The notes below the pieces were generated by a model. It did no database searches and was not told where the DNA came from. It was given only the letters and a program-made list of their open reading frames with translations. Made by a program: the position numbers and the translations under genes. Below, piece after piece: positions 1 through 11,372 of a DNA stretch of 64,000 nucleotides (the first letter of the stretch is position 1; each line of letters starts with the position of its first letter). Source of the stretch: Thermoanaerobaculia bacterium (GTDB lineage Bacteria; Acidobacteriota; Thermoanaerobaculia; UBA5066); contig CAWFJJ010000005.1 of assembly GCA_963816185.1 (NCBI GenBank), positions 251,787-315,786 on the forward strand, read 5' to 3'.

Positions 1-80
1 ACGTGGAGCGGAGTCCGCTCCTGAAGAACGGTCATCGCCAACCTCCTGGAATTTCGGGTCCCGGGCCGCGGGGAAAGGCG

Positions 81-773
81 TCAGACGGCGGTCGCGGCGG
101 GAGGCGCGCGAGCTGGCGAGACCGGGCGGGGCGCGTGCGTTCGCGCCAGGCGAACGCGCGCAGGAGCTTCCGGGACCGGGCGCAGCGAGTCGAGAAGCGC
201 TGCGAGCTCTGGGTCGAGGCTCGGCTCCGACGCGAGGAAGGCGAGGTCGGACGGGCTGTCGACGTCTGCAAGCACGTCCAGAAGAGCCGCGTCGGGAGCG
301 TTACGAACGAGAGCCGAAAAAACGTCCGCCGTTCGCCACGTCACCTTGTCGAACAGCTCCGAGAGGTTCGTCCCCACCCGAGACCCGATCAGCCAGACGC
401 CGCCGTCCGGCGACGGGCCGAGAACGACGTCCCGCGTCTCGAGAGCGTGGAAAGCGGCGGAGAGCTGCGTCCCGGAGAGGCCGGGCACGTCTCCGGGGAC
501 GGCGACGATCTCGGCGTAGCCCGCGGCACGCGCGTCCTCGAACGCGTTCCTCAGTCGCTCGCCGAATCCAAGGCCGCGCTGCGGCAGAATCCGCGCCGCT
601 TCCGGCGCCGAGGCGGCGCTCGCGCAAATCAGGTCGACGCCGAGAGCTCGTGCCGCTGCGGCCACGCGCTGGATCGAGAACGCGAACAGCAGGCCGCCCC
701 CCGGCATGCTCTTCACGGCCCCCTCCTGGAGAGGTGATCTCGAGAACAGCAGGATGCAGCGGGACCCTCTCAC
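81..773 (-). CDS. DUF2064 / TIGR04282-like glycosyltransferase-fold protein
   Basis: Motifs QRGxxFGERL, 'VPGDVP', 'VVLGPSPDGGVWLIG' and 'LADVD' are typical of the DUF2064 (CofC-like) family. Confidence 0.8.
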   Translation of the reverse strand: MRGSRCILLFSRSPLQEGAVKSMPGGGLLFAFSIQRVAAAARALGVDLICASAASAPEAARILPQRGLGFGERLRNAFEDARAAGYAEIVAVPGDVPGLSGTQLSAAFHALETRDVVLGPSPDGGVWLIGSRVGTNLSELFDKVTWRTADVFSALVRNAPDAALLDVLADVDSPSDLAFLASEPSLDPELAALLDSLRPVPEAPARVRLARTHAPRPVSPARAPPAATAV

Positions 774-926
774 GTGCCTGACTTCTGAATGCTAATACGG
801 CCCGCCGACATTCCCCGGATCCGCTTCCGGAGAACGTTTTGTGGATTCTGAAACCTTTTCGGGCTGTTTGCGTCTTCTTACTTGAAGCGTGGCCCCCGGG
901 GGCGGAAAAAGGTGAACGAGGGGATC

Positions 927-1193
927 ATGGAATCGGCCGTAGAACTTCACGAGGCGAGAGTCCTGAGGGCAGGAATCGAAATGCGAGAGGCGGAATTGGC
1001 TTCCCTTCGCGGCGATGCTCCCTCGGCCGACGGCGCGCGGCGCGCCGAAGAGGTCACGAGAGAGATCGAGCGCCTCAAGGACGACTATCGCCGGGTCCTT
1101 GCGCGCCAGGCCGACGAGGACTATTGCCGCCGCCGCACGGAATGGCGCGCCCAGCAGGGCGGCCGCGGCCGGCGCACCAGCGCCTGCGCCTGA
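927..1193 (+). CDS. small coiled-coil hypothetical protein
   Basis: ATG at 927 after GAGGGG; 88 aa, charged and helical; genome-typical codon usage. Confidence 0.55.
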   Translation: MESAVELHEARVLRAGIEMREAELASLRGDAPSADGARRAEEVTREIERLKDDYRRVLARQADEDYCRRRTEWRAQQGGRGRRTSACA

Positions 1194-1197
1194 CGCG

Positions 1198-1656
1198 CTA
1201 CTTCCTCGAGATGTCGAAGCTGATCTTGATCGTCCTTGCGACCTTGTAGTCGTTCGTGACCATCTTCACGAACATCATGTTCGTGTCGTCGAGCTTGCCC
1301 TTGTCGAGCGTGGCCGTGCGGTCGTTCTCCCCGAAGGGCTTGCCGTCCCTGCCACCGGGAATGGTGACGACGTACTTGCACTTGTAATCCTTGTCACGGT
1401 CCCGGTTCGAGTAGTGAAACTCCACCACCATCGTGTGCGTGTCTTTCAGGTCCTTCTCGGCCTTGTGGAAGTCGTCCGAGTCCGGCCAGTGCCGGATGCG
1501 GAAGGAATCGATCGTGACGTCGCCGACCTTGATTCCGACCTTGATGTCCTTGTCGCCCGTGAAGGGATAGCTGCGCTCGAATTTTCCCGTCTGGGCGTAA
1601 CCCGGCGAGGGCAGTAGGAGCGCTGCGGCGAGAGCGGCGAGGCCGAACCGGTTCAT
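1198..1656 (-). CDS. secreted hypothetical protein
   Basis: Signal peptide MNRFGLAALAAALLL..GYA; GGAGG RBS; strong GC3 bias. Confidence 0.75.
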   Translation of the reverse strand: MNRFGLAALAAALLLPSPGYAQTGKFERSYPFTGDKDIKVGIKVGDVTIDSFRIRHWPDSDDFHKAEKDLKDTHTMVVEFHYSNRDRDKDYKCKYVVTIPGGRDGKPFGENDRTATLDKGKLDDTNMMFVKMVTNDYKVARTIKISFDISRK

Positions 1657-1680
1657 GAGGGACCTCCGTGGGCGCGGATC

Positions 1681-2592
1681 TTAGCGCCCGCCGCCGAGGG
1701 ATTCGTAGACCGTGAGGAGCGCCTGGGTGCCGTCCTCGGAGCGGCCTGAGGCCTCGAGCGCCGCCAGGAGCTGATGGACGAGAGCCGTGCCGGGGAGGGG
1801 GATCCCCCGTGCGCGGGCCGACTTCAGGACGATCGCGAGGTCCTTCTGCTGGTGCTTGACCGCGAAGGCGGGCTTGAAATCGCGGTCGATCATCTTCTTT
1901 CCGAGGACCTCGAGCGCCCAGGAGTTGGCGGCGCCCGAAGTGAGAGCTTCGTGGAGCTTCGCCAGAGGAAGGCCGCTCTTCGCGGCGAAGGCGAGTGCCT
2001 CCGAGACTCCCATGAGGTTGTTCGCCACAAGGATCTGGTTCGCCGCCTTGCCGAGCTGGCCGGCGCCCGAGGGTCCGAGCGCCGTCAGGCGGCGGCCCAT
2101 CGCCTCGAAAACGGGCCGCGCCTTCTCGAGCGCCGCGACGTCTCCGCCGACGAAGAACGTGAGAGTCCCCTCGATCGCGCCCTTTTGTCCGCCCGACACC
2201 GGCGCATCCAGGAAGGGGATGCCTTTTTCCAGGAGCCGCGCCGCGATCGCGCGCGCGGCCTCTGCGGCGATCGTCGAGCAGTCGACGGCGATCGCGCCCT
2301 TTCGCGCGCCTTGAGCGGTGCCGGACGTGCCGAGGTGGACGTCCTCGACCTCGGGCGCATCCGGGACGCACGAGACGATGACGTCGGCGCCCTCCGCGGC
2401 GGCGGCCGGTGTTTCCGCGGCACGCGCCTCGTGCCCCTCCGCCGAGAGAGCGCGCGCGAACGCTTCCGCTTTCCCGGGAGTCCGCGTCGCGACGGCGAGC
2501 GGGAAGCCGGCCTTCGCGAGGTTCCGGGCCATGCCCTGGCCCATCGTGCCGAGTCCGATGAAGGCGACGTGCAAACGAGAGGGTTCACTCAT
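1681..2592 (-). CDS. NAD(P)-dependent beta-hydroxyacid dehydrogenase (3-hydroxyisobutyrate dehydrogenase/tartronate semialdehyde reductase family)
   Basis: FIGLGTMG Rossmann motif, DAPVSGG, catalytic K in 'GQLGKAANQ', 'KDL'. Start placed at MSEPSR. Confidence 0.92.
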   Translation of the reverse strand: MSEPSRLHVAFIGLGTMGQGMARNLAKAGFPLAVATRTPGKAEAFARALSAEGHEARAAETPAAAAEGADVIVSCVPDAPEVEDVHLGTSGTAQGARKGAIAVDCSTIAAEAARAIAARLLEKGIPFLDAPVSGGQKGAIEGTLTFFVGGDVAALEKARPVFEAMGRRLTALGPSGAGQLGKAANQILVANNLMGVSEALAFAAKSGLPLAKLHEALTSGAANSWALEVLGKKMIDRDFKPAFAVKHQQKDLAIVLKSARARGIPLPGTALVHQLLAALEASGRSEDGTQALLTVYESLGGGR

Positions 2593-2628
2593 GGTGGAAA
2601 TGAGTTTAGTTCCTGCTACCATTTCCCC

Positions 2629-3213
2629 GTGAAGCCGGGAGTCGACGCGATACACGCGGCCGGGGCGGCTGCGGTCCTCGCGGTGGTGTCGCTCGCTCAC
2701 CTCCCCGTTGCCCGATTCCTGCACTACCTTTCATTCTCAGGCGACGTGGACGTGGGGCGCCTCTTGTGGTTCGCGCCTGCCGCGGTCCTCGGTGCGTTTC
2801 TGTTCGAGCGCATCGTCCGGGGTACGTTCTACGGCTGGCTCCGGAAGAAGCTCCCGGCCGGAATGGCCGCGCCCGTCGTCGCCGCGGTCGGCGCGGTGCC
2901 GGTCGCGGCGCTTCGACTGTGGCTGGCCCCGCGTTTCGAGGCTCCGCCGCTCCTCGCGATGGTGCACGCCTATCTCGTCGCGTTCGCTCTCGGGCTCGGC
3001 CTCGCGTGGCTCGCGCTCGGGACAGGCGCCACGTGGCCCGGCGGCGCCGCGCTCGCGGTGATCTGGCTCGTGAAAGGAACGGTCCCGGTCGCTTTTCACG
3101 GGCGTCCCGTCCCCGTTCTCGAGCTCCTGGCAGCGGCTCTGGGAGCCGTCGCCGTGGCGTTCGTCCTGAAGAAGCCGCTCGCCCCGCACCGCGACGCGCT
3201 GTGGGGCGCGTGA
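2629..3213 (+). CDS. hypothetical multi-pass membrane protein
   Basis: Hydrophobic C-terminal part of ORF 1774..3213; GTG start 6 nt after TACCAT. Confidence 0.65.
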   Translation: MKPGVDAIHAAGAAAVLAVVSLAHLPVARFLHYLSFSGDVDVGRLLWFAPAAVLGAFLFERIVRGTFYGWLRKKLPAGMAAPVVAAVGAVPVAALRLWLAPRFEAPPLLAMVHAYLVAFALGLGLAWLALGTGATWPGGAALAVIWLVKGTVPVAFHGRPVPVLELLAAALGAVAVAFVLKKPLAPHRDALWGA

Positions 3214-3230
3214 GAGTGGAGGTGTCCCCG

Positions 3231-3800
3231 ATGAGCGCGGTTCCCTCGCGTCTCAGACAGCTCGACCTCTTCCTCGAAGAGCCGCCGTCCCCCGCCGAGC
3301 TGGGTGCGGAGCAGGGGGCGCTCCAGGCTCGCTACGATTCCCTCGCGGGGGAGTGGAAGCTCCCGCGTGCCCGCGTCGTCCTCTCGACGCGCCGCGCGAC
3401 CGGAGGGGTCATCACGTACGGCCCGCCGCACGTGATCCGCGTGTCGAGCCACATGTCCTTGGAGGACCGCCTTCAGACGCTGCTGCACGAGACCGCCCAC
3501 GCCATCTGCTTCGCGCGCTGGGGCGTCGCGGAGGGCCACTCGCCGCGCTTCTGGTCCGTCGCGCGAAAGCTGGGCGTCGTCCGGAAGGTCGCCCCGGAGA
3601 CCGAGCGCCTGCGCCGTTTGCGCGAGGCGAACGCGCGTTACGCGTATCGCTGCCCGGGATGCACGGCGGAGTGGACGCGGCGCACTCCCTTCGGACGCGC
3701 GCGCCTCTGCGCTTCGTGTGAGCGCGCGGGCCGTCCGGCCCGCCTCATTCTCGTCCGGCGCCCGAAGCCGGCGCGCCGGCGGGCGGCGCCGAGACGCTGA
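3231..3800 (+). CDS. SprT-like zinc metalloprotease domain protein
   Basis: HETAH zincin motif, 'GHSPRF', and CPGC...CASC zinc ribbon; GGAGG RBS before ATG 3231. Confidence 0.85.
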   Translation: MSAVPSRLRQLDLFLEEPPSPAELGAEQGALQARYDSLAGEWKLPRARVVLSTRRATGGVITYGPPHVIRVSSHMSLEDRLQTLLHETAHAICFARWGVAEGHSPRFWSVARKLGVVRKVAPETERLRRLREANARYAYRCPGCTAEWTRRTPFGRARLCASCERAGRPARLILVRRPKPARRRAAPRR

Positions 3801-5595
3801 GCGGCGCGTCCAGCTTGAAGACGGGCACGAGGCCGACGGTCTCGTCGAAATAAGGCGTCCGACGATAGAAGAAGCGGCGGCGGGCCCGCGCGTCGCCGGC
3901 GAACTTCGGATCCTTCAGCTTCTCTTCCCACTCCGCCTTCAGCGCCGGATCCTTCGCGAGCATCGCCTTCGCGAGGGGATCGAGCACGCGCGTGTCCATG
4001 TACTCCTTCTCCTCGAGGCACGAGGAGAGCTCGCCCCACGCAAAGAGGGAGTCGGGGCTCTCGGGCTCGAGAAGGGCGATCGCGACGTTCGCGAGCTCCG
4101 TGTCGAGCGGCACGTAGAGCGAGCCGGCCGGGATGACGCGCGTCTCGACCGCGCGCGAGATCTTCGCCTCGACGCGGACGCGGCCCTGATACGAAGTCTT
4201 CGCGAAGACGACCGCGGAGGCGCGCGAGGTCCCGACCTCGAGCGTGCGCGCGGCCGGAAACACCTCGTACCGGATGCCGTGCGCCTTCAGCCTTTCCTCC
4301 ACGCTGGAGAAGCCCGCCGGAATCAGGTATGCCGCCGGGCGCGGGACGGTCACCGTCGCCTTCGCGTGCTCGAGGCTCGGGATGTGGATCGTCTTCTCCT
4401 TCGTACGGTCCCAGCGGACGACGGGCCGCCCCGTGACCTCCGAAACGGACTCCGTCCACGCGTACGTGGGGAAGTCGACGCTCTCCGGCCGCGCGGGATC
4501 TCCCTCGGCGGCCACGACGACGGGCGAGCCGGCCGGCTCCGTGCGCACGGCCGACCGCGCCTTCTCGCGCGCCGCGAGAAGCTCCTTCGCGCTTCGGCCC
4601 GTGCGCTCGAGGAGCGCGCGGAGAAAGACGAGGTTCGATCGGACGCGGTCCGAGAAGGGCTTGAGAGCGTGAGTCTCGACGAGGATCGACGGGACGTTGC
4701 GGATGGGGAAGTAGCCCGTGGAATACCGCGGGGAAAAGACGGACGAGTCGAGCCCCTTCATCGGATCCTTCGGGTCGCGGAATTCGACATACGCGCCGTT
4801 CGTAACGAAGCGTTCGCCTTCGACGTCGGACAGCGCCTTCGGGACCACGCCCTTCAGCCAGTCGCGGAGAGGACCCGGCGTGACGGGCTCGTTCGCGTAC
4901 GAGACCGTGAGCGTGGCCTGAAAATCGGCGCCGTCCGTGACGTGGTCGTCTACGAAGAGGTCCGGCTTCCATGCGTCCGCGAGCCCGAGGAGAGCTCGTG
5001 TCTCACGCGCATCGGCCTTCACGAAGTCACGGTTCAGGTCGAGGCCCCGCGCGTTCGACCGATAGCCCATCTCGTCGGGACCGTTCTGATTCGGGCGGTT
5101 GTACGGCGAGACGCGCGTGTACCCGTCGACGTTGTAGACGACGACCGTCACGAGCGTGACGCCGTCGAGAAGGTCGAGCCGGTTCGTGAGAGCGATGTCG
5201 CGCAGGAGAATCAGCGTCGCGTCCGTGCCGTCCACTTCGCCGGCGTGAATCGAGTTGAGGACGAGGACGACGGGCTCAGGGCTCTTGAAGCGCTCGGCCG
5301 GGTCGAAGATCTTCTCCTTCGAAGCGACGACGACCGGGATGCGACGTCCCTGCTCGGAGGGCCCGATGAACGAGACGTGGAGGTACGGCGACAGGCGCTC
5401 GAGCCGCGCCAGGAACGCGAGCACCTCGTCGTACGTCTCCGTTTTCCGGAAGCCCGTCAGCTCCGCCTGCGTGAGGAGGTCGGGCGGAACCCGGATGGGC
5501 GGATGCCCTGCGGCGAGGCCGCGCCCGGAGGCCAGCACGATCGGGAGGACGAGAAAGAGGATGGACGGCCTGAAGAGAGTCCCTCGAACGAACAT
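3745..5595 (-). CDS. M14 family zinc carboxypeptidase, secreted
   Basis: IHAGE, 'DLNRD', 'DDHVT' and 'ILVE' motifs; N-terminal signal peptide. Confidence 0.9.
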   Translation of the reverse strand: MFVRGTLFRPSILFLVLPIVLASGRGLAAGHPPIRVPPDLLTQAELTGFRKTETYDEVLAFLARLERLSPYLHVSFIGPSEQGRRIPVVVASKEKIFDPAERFKSPEPVVLVLNSIHAGEVDGTDATLILLRDIALTNRLDLLDGVTLVTVVVYNVDGYTRVSPYNRPNQNGPDEMGYRSNARGLDLNRDFVKADARETRALLGLADAWKPDLFVDDHVTDGADFQATLTVSYANEPVTPGPLRDWLKGVVPKALSDVEGERFVTNGAYVEFRDPKDPMKGLDSSVFSPRYSTGYFPIRNVPSILVETHALKPFSDRVRSNLVFLRALLERTGRSAKELLAAREKARSAVRTEPAGSPVVVAAEGDPARPESVDFPTYAWTESVSEVTGRPVVRWDRTKEKTIHIPSLEHAKATVTVPRPAAYLIPAGFSSVEERLKAHGIRYEVFPAARTLEVGTSRASAVVFAKTSYQGRVRVEAKISRAVETRVIPAGSLYVPLDTELANVAIALLEPESPDSLFAWGELSSCLEEKEYMDTRVLDPLAKAMLAKDPALKAEWEEKLKDPKFAGDARARRRFFYRRTPYFDETVGLVPVFKLDAPLSVSAPPAGAPASGAGRE

Positions 5596-5632
5596 GCGCA
5601 AGGTTAGCAGCGGGCTGGACTATCGTAGCGGC

Positions 5633-6016
5633 ATGAAGCGCGCGCTCGCGATCCTTTTCGCAGTCTTCACGGCGGCCCCGGCCCTTGCGGCCGGGCGGGC
5701 ATCCCTGAACGTCTACTTCCAAAGCAACCTGAAGGACACGGCCTATCAAAAGAAGACGTTCGAGAGGGTCGTGAAAACGTGGAAGGCGCCTGCGTCGTCG
5801 CAGATTCCGGAGGTCGGCAAGAAGACCGTCGTGCAGTCCGTCATCGCGAAGGACGGCAAGCTCGTCTCGGCGGTCGTCTCCATGACCTCGGGAAAGAAGG
5901 GCTGGGATGCCGCGGCTCTCGCCGCGGTGAAAACAGCCGCCCCATTCGATCCTCTTCCCGGGAACTTCGGAGCTTCGACGATCGAAGTCCATTTCCACGT
6001 CAGCGTGGTGCCGTAG
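5633..6016 (+). CDS. TonB C-terminal domain protein
   Basis: Signal peptide, then 'VIAKDGKL...SG...DAAALAAVKTAAPFDPLP', a TonB_C/TolA-like signature. Confidence 0.8.
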   Translation: MKRALAILFAVFTAAPALAAGRASLNVYFQSNLKDTAYQKKTFERVVKTWKAPASSQIPEVGKKTVVQSVIAKDGKLVSAVVSMTSGKKGWDAAALAAVKTAAPFDPLPGNFGASTIEVHFHVSVVP

Positions 6017-6062
6017 GCCAGAGACGAAGATAGCCTGCGAGTCACGCAGTTCGAGTGAGGAG

Positions 6063-7187
6063 TCACTTTTCCTTGTTCGAGAACTCGGGCCACCATTTCG
6101 CAAGGCGTCGCCGGATCGTGTTCAGAACCCGGTCAGCGCTCCCCGATCCGGCGGTTGCAGCCTCGGGAGCTACCTTTAGAGCGTAGTAGGAAACCGCTTC
6201 CGCATCGGTGCCGATTGTTTGCCGCAGGCGGATCGGGCCCGGAGTACGTGATCCTGATGAGTCGAGATCAAAGACATAGATCCAAGCGGGAATTCGGTTG
6301 CCGGCGGCCTTGTCGGCTGAATGTCGCAGCCTGAAAGTACCGTCGGAGAGGAGCTTCATCTCTGGCTTTCCGAGGTGTTTTTGCCAGCTGTCCCATACCG
6401 AGACCGGAAGCGCCAGCACGCAGCCTGCACAGGATTCATCGGCGCCGATCTGAAACTTCAACATCATCTGATAGAAGGTCCGCTTGAAGACGTTCGCGAT
6501 GTTCGGCCCCTCGATGCGCTCTGAGAGCCAGTGCGGGTTCTCGCGTAGCGCCTTGAAGAAGCTTCGGCGGTGAAGTCTTAAGGCGTCGCCGAGGTTCTTG
6601 ACCACGCTCCGGTAAGAGCCGTGAAAGTCCATGGTCTGGACCTCGAGGATTCCGTATCTGTTGAGGCTCAATCGACCATCATCGCTCTCTATGTGGATCA
6701 GGGTGATGTCGAATGAGAACTCGGGTGAACGCTCGGTTGCCGCGATCGAAATCTCGCCTCCAAGCTTGTCCTGAAAGTAGAGGACGCCCGCGGAACCCTT
6801 TTGGATGTCGCTAGCAAAGCGACTCTTGACCTTGGGATGCGCCAGCGTCGGCGCCGGCAGGATCGTGAGCGGTCTCGAAGCAGCCCGGCCAAACAGCCTT
6901 CGCGCGACCTGTTCGAGCAGCTTGTCGTCCAGCGCCCGATAGGGGCATACAAGCCAATCCTGGCGCGGGCCATTACTGGCGCTGCTGATCGTGCAGATCC
7001 CGAGCGAAGAAACCGGCTTTACACAGCTTTTTTCCTCGCCGGTGACGCGAGAAAGGAATGGGCACCGCGACGACTGCTGATCACTAAGCCCGCCGGACGC
7101 GATTGACTCAGATGGATAGACGCGGTGACCGAACCACTCGCTCACAAAGTTCCCGCGCGTTTGCTTCGGAGGCACCTTGTTACGCAT
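6063..7187 (-). CDS. NotI-family type II restriction endonuclease
   Basis: 'EWFGH', four Cys (CPF..C.K..GIC..VCPYR) matching the NotI iron-binding cluster, PD-(D/E)xK-like 'FDI...LEVQ'; lower GC; start overlaps the methyltransferase stop. Confidence 0.8.
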   Translation of the reverse strand: MRNKVPPKQTRGNFVSEWFGHRVYPSESIASGGLSDQQSSRCPFLSRVTGEEKSCVKPVSSLGICTISSASNGPRQDWLVCPYRALDDKLLEQVARRLFGRAASRPLTILPAPTLAHPKVKSRFASDIQKGSAGVLYFQDKLGGEISIAATERSPEFSFDITLIHIESDDGRLSLNRYGILEVQTMDFHGSYRSVVKNLGDALRLHRRSFFKALRENPHWLSERIEGPNIANVFKRTFYQMMLKFQIGADESCAGCVLALPVSVWDSWQKHLGKPEMKLLSDGTFRLRHSADKAAGNRIPAWIYVFDLDSSGSRTPGPIRLRQTIGTDAEAVSYYALKVAPEAATAGSGSADRVLNTIRRRLAKWWPEFSNKEK

Positions 7188-7274
7188 GAAGCGGCAAGAT
7201 CATGCTGCGAAGGCGTCTGGCGACGTTAGCCCGCGCCGCCTCTGCGTACTCGGGAACGAGCTCAAAGCCCAGAG
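7180..7274 (-). pseudogene. C-terminal remnant of site-specific DNA methyltransferase
   Basis: LGFELVPEYAEAARANV is the typical post-motif-I tail of beta-class N4/N6 MTases; abuts the IS left end. Confidence 0.75.
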
Positions 7275-7324
7275 TGAATCGCCCCGGCATTTCCGGAGGC
7301 TCCAACACTTGAGAGGATGGAGCC

Positions 7325-8556
<1,232 letters not shown>

Positions 8557-8586
8557 ACAGGTCTCCGGAGAACCCGGGGCGTTTCA

Positions 8587-8921
8587 ACCCCTCCGTTTTG
8601 TCGATACCACTCGTAGGGAGGGGGAGCATCGACGGAATGGCCCGTCTCCTTCCATCTTTCGAGGATCGACCAGTCGTGACTGAGGCTGTACGTCCGTTGT
8701 CCCCAATAAGGCGGGCTGGTGATCAGGAGGTCAACGCTGTTAGGCGGTAGCCGATCGAGAAGGTCGTAAGCGTCGCCGATCTCAATGAGTGGCGTCTTTG
8801 CCCCGTGTCCATATTCTCTGACGACAGACCTGAGTGCGAGAGCGGTTCTCGCGCTGTGAGGTCGCAGGATGGGGTACTGAGTCGGTTTCCCAGCACTCCG
8901 CGTGGATTTGTGGCTAGCCAT
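8587..8921 (-). pseudogene. N-terminal part of N4-cytosine/N6-adenine DNA methyltransferase, IS-truncated
   Basis: 'GDAYDLL...NSVDLLITSPPYWGQR' (SPPY catalytic motif IV); cut by the IS right end. Confidence 0.88.
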
Positions 8922-8997
8922 TTCGTCCTGGAACCGTCGCCGTCAGACAACTCGTTGAAGCAGCGTAGCACGCCCCGAAGCGAAGGAATGGCCTCCG

Positions 8998-10182
8998 TCA
9001 GATCACCCCGAACTCCTTCCCGACCGCGATGAACGCTTCGACGGCTTCGTCCAGGTCGGCCTCCGTGTGGACCGCGGAGATCTGGCAGCGCAGCCGCGCG
9101 TGACCTTTCGGGACGACGGGGAAGCCGAAGCCCGAGACGTACACGCCACGCTGGAAGAGCGCGTCCGACATCGCGAGCGCTTTCGCCGTGTCGCCGACGA
9201 TCACGGGAACGATCGGGTGGATGCCGTCCGGGATCCGGAATCCCGCGGCCGACATGCGCGCGCGGAACATCCGTGCGTTCTTCTGGACGCGATGGGCGGG
9301 CGAGGGGTCTTCCATCAGCATGCGGAACGCCTCCAGGGAGGACGCCGCGACGGCGGGCGGGAGCGCGTTCGAGAAGAGCGACGTGCGCGAGCGCTGCCGG
9401 AGGAGATCCACGATGGGCGCGGGCCCGGTCGTGAAGCCGCCCGCGGCCGAGCCCATCGCCTTCCCGAGCGTGGACGTGAAGAGCGAGACGCGCGACATGA
9501 CTCCCAGCTCCTCGGCCGAGCCGCGGCCGGTCTTCCCGAGGACTCCCGTCGCGTGGGAATCGTCCACGACGAGGGTCGCGTCGTACCGGTCGCAGAGGTC
9601 CGCGAGCTCGCGGAGCGACCCGATCTCGCCTTCCATCGAAAAGACGCCGTCCGTGATGAAGAGGCGACGGCGCGCGGCTTGCGCTTCCTGGAGGGCCTTC
9701 TCGAGCGCCGCGAGGTCGCCGTGCGGCGTGAGGAAACGCTTCGCCTTGCAGAGGCGAACGCCGTCGATGATCGAGGCGTGGTTGAGGGCGTCCGAGAGGA
9801 GCGCGTCCTCCTCGCCGAGGAGGGGCGCGAAGAGCCCCTCGTTCGCGTTCCAGCAGGACATGTAGAGGATCGCGTCCTCGGTCCCGAAAAAGCGCGAGAT
9901 CGTCTCCTCGAGCTCCTTGTGGAGAGCCTGCGTTCCGCAGATGAAACGCACCGAGCCGAGGCCGTTTCCCCACTTTTCGAGCGCGTCTTTCGCAGCCTTC
10001 ACGATGCGCGGGTGGTTCGCGAATCCGAGGTAGTTGTTCGAGGTGAGCATGAGGACGTCGCGGCCGTCCACGCGCACGCGCGCCCCCGTGGGTCCTTCGA
10101 GGACGCGCTCTTTTTTCCAGGTCTTCGCGTTCTTCAGCGCGGCGATCTCCGCGCGGCAGAAATCGGTGAGGCTTGTGCTCAT
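8998..10182 (-). CDS. kbl: glycine C-acetyltransferase (2-amino-3-ketobutyrate CoA ligase)
   Basis: SNNYLG, 'SVRFICGTQ', 'DALNHASIIDG', 'DDSHATG', 'STLGKAMG', 'RQRSR..LFSN'. Confidence 0.93.
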   Translation of the reverse strand: MSTSLTDFCRAEIAALKNAKTWKKERVLEGPTGARVRVDGRDVLMLTSNNYLGFANHPRIVKAAKDALEKWGNGLGSVRFICGTQALHKELEETISRFFGTEDAILYMSCWNANEGLFAPLLGEEDALLSDALNHASIIDGVRLCKAKRFLTPHGDLAALEKALQEAQAARRRLFITDGVFSMEGEIGSLRELADLCDRYDATLVVDDSHATGVLGKTGRGSAEELGVMSRVSLFTSTLGKAMGSAAGGFTTGPAPIVDLLRQRSRTSLFSNALPPAVAASSLEAFRMLMEDPSPAHRVQKNARMFRARMSAAGFRIPDGIHPIVPVIVGDTAKALAMSDALFQRGVYVSGFGFPVVPKGHARLRCQISAVHTEADLDEAVEAFIAVGKEFGVI

Positions 10183-10200
10183 GCCGGCGAGGTTATCCGA

Positions 10201-10234
10201 AAAATGAAGCGGCGGGCCGAATCGGGCCCGCCGC
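10201..10234 (-). terminator. rho-independent terminator
   Basis: Perfect 10-bp stem GCGGCGGGCC/GGCCCGCCGC (10209-10234) followed by TTCATTTT on the minus strand, just downstream of the 10260 stop. Confidence 0.7.
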
Positions 10235-10259
10235 GGGAAGGAGCGAGGCGCTCGGATCC

Positions 10260-11372
10260 TTATTTCTTCGTGATCTCGGTCGCGATGAACTGCGCCGCGG
10301 ACAGGCTCGCGCCCATCGCCGAGGCCATCACGAACGTGCCCTTCACGCGGACGGCCGACCCGACGACGATGCCGGCGTCGACCTTCGTGAGCCCGTTCAC
10401 GAGGACGTCGCGCGAGGAGATCTTCCAGTGGCCCAGCGGTGCGCCGGTCGCCGACGGGGTTGGCGGGATCGACTCGACGATGCCGTCGAACTCGGTCGCG
10501 CGCCCTCCCGGACCCGGAGGCGGAACGACCGGAGCCTTCGTGATGGACACGGCGACGAGGAACGAGGGCGCCATCGAGCCCGGCGGCGGGTTCTGGATGC
10601 GCGCGACGACATCGACGATGTCGCCGACCTTCGGATCGCCGACGATCTTCGTGTCGGAATCGATCTGCACCACGCGGCCCGCGATCGTCCACGCGGTCGG
10701 CGTGATCGTCTGGACGGGGCCACGGAACGCGAAGAGCACCGGCGGCGAGACTCCGAACGCGGCGACGCTCGTCGCGAGAAGGCCGCCGGAATCCACGACG
10801 GACACGATCGCGAACATGCCCGGCTGGAGGTCGCCGATCCCCTTGACGGCGCCGCTCGGGCCGCCTCCGGACCATTTCGTGCTCGGGTCCGTGGAAACCG
10901 TCTGGTCGAGCATCGTGAATTTCCCGTCCGCGACGTCCACGAATTGGATCGTGCCCGTGAGCTCGCCCGCGCGCGCCGGAAACACGACCACGCTCGTCGC
11001 CGCGAGCGGCGGCGGCGGAACAGAGGGCGGAAGCGCGGCCGGAACCGTCACCTGCGCGACGACGCGGTCGCCGACGAGAATGCCTGACCACGGGAGCGGG
11101 TTCGCGAACCGATCATCGCCCCCGGTGATCGTGGCGTTCGTAACGTCGATTCGAACGTCGCCCTCGATGAGGTCGAGGACGGGACCCGTGACTTTGGAAA
11201 CGACTCCCTCGACGGTGGAGGATCTCACCGCCGACGGCAACGATGCGCCGTCCTCAGCCGCCGCGAAAGGCGCGAGGCCGAAGAGAAGAAGGAGAGACAC
11301 GACGAGAGCGGAGGAAGTTCCGAGCAGAGTATGTCGTCTGGAGGTGCGCGCAAGAAGGGAACGAGTCGTCAT
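10260..11372 (-). CDS. DUF5666-repeat secreted protein
   Basis: Signal peptide plus about four OB-like repeats ('G.V..I.....I.G..V..D..T.....G..V.V') separated by Pro-rich linkers. Confidence 0.75.
   Translation of the reverse strand: MTTRSLLARTSRRHTLLGTSSALVVSLLLLFGLAPFAAAEDGASLPSAVRSSTVEGVVSKVTGPVLDLIEGDVRIDVTNATITGGDDRFANPLPWSGILVGDRVVAQVTVPAALPPSVPPPPLAATSVVVFPARAGELTGTIQFVDVADGKFTMLDQTVSTDPSTKWSGGGPSGAVKGIGDLQPGMFAIVSVVDSGGLLATSVAAFGVSPPVLFAFRGPVQTITPTAWTIAGRVVQIDSDTKIVGDPKVGDIVDVVARIQNPPPGSMAPSFLVAVSITKAPVVPPPGPGGRATEFDGIVESIPPTPSATGAPLGHWKISSRDVLVNGLTKVDAGIVVGSAVRVKGTFVMASAMGASLSAAQFIATEITKK

Noticed and set aside
1159-1166. Avoidance of GCGGCCGC as evidence for endonuclease specificity
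   Set aside because: GCGGCCGC and CGGCCG sites are present in the window, so specificity cannot be inferred from the sequence.
3745-3800. 56-bp convergent overlap of the SprT-like and M14 genes as a functional feature
   Set aside because: Both overlapping tails are low-complexity extensions, common in GC-rich genomes.
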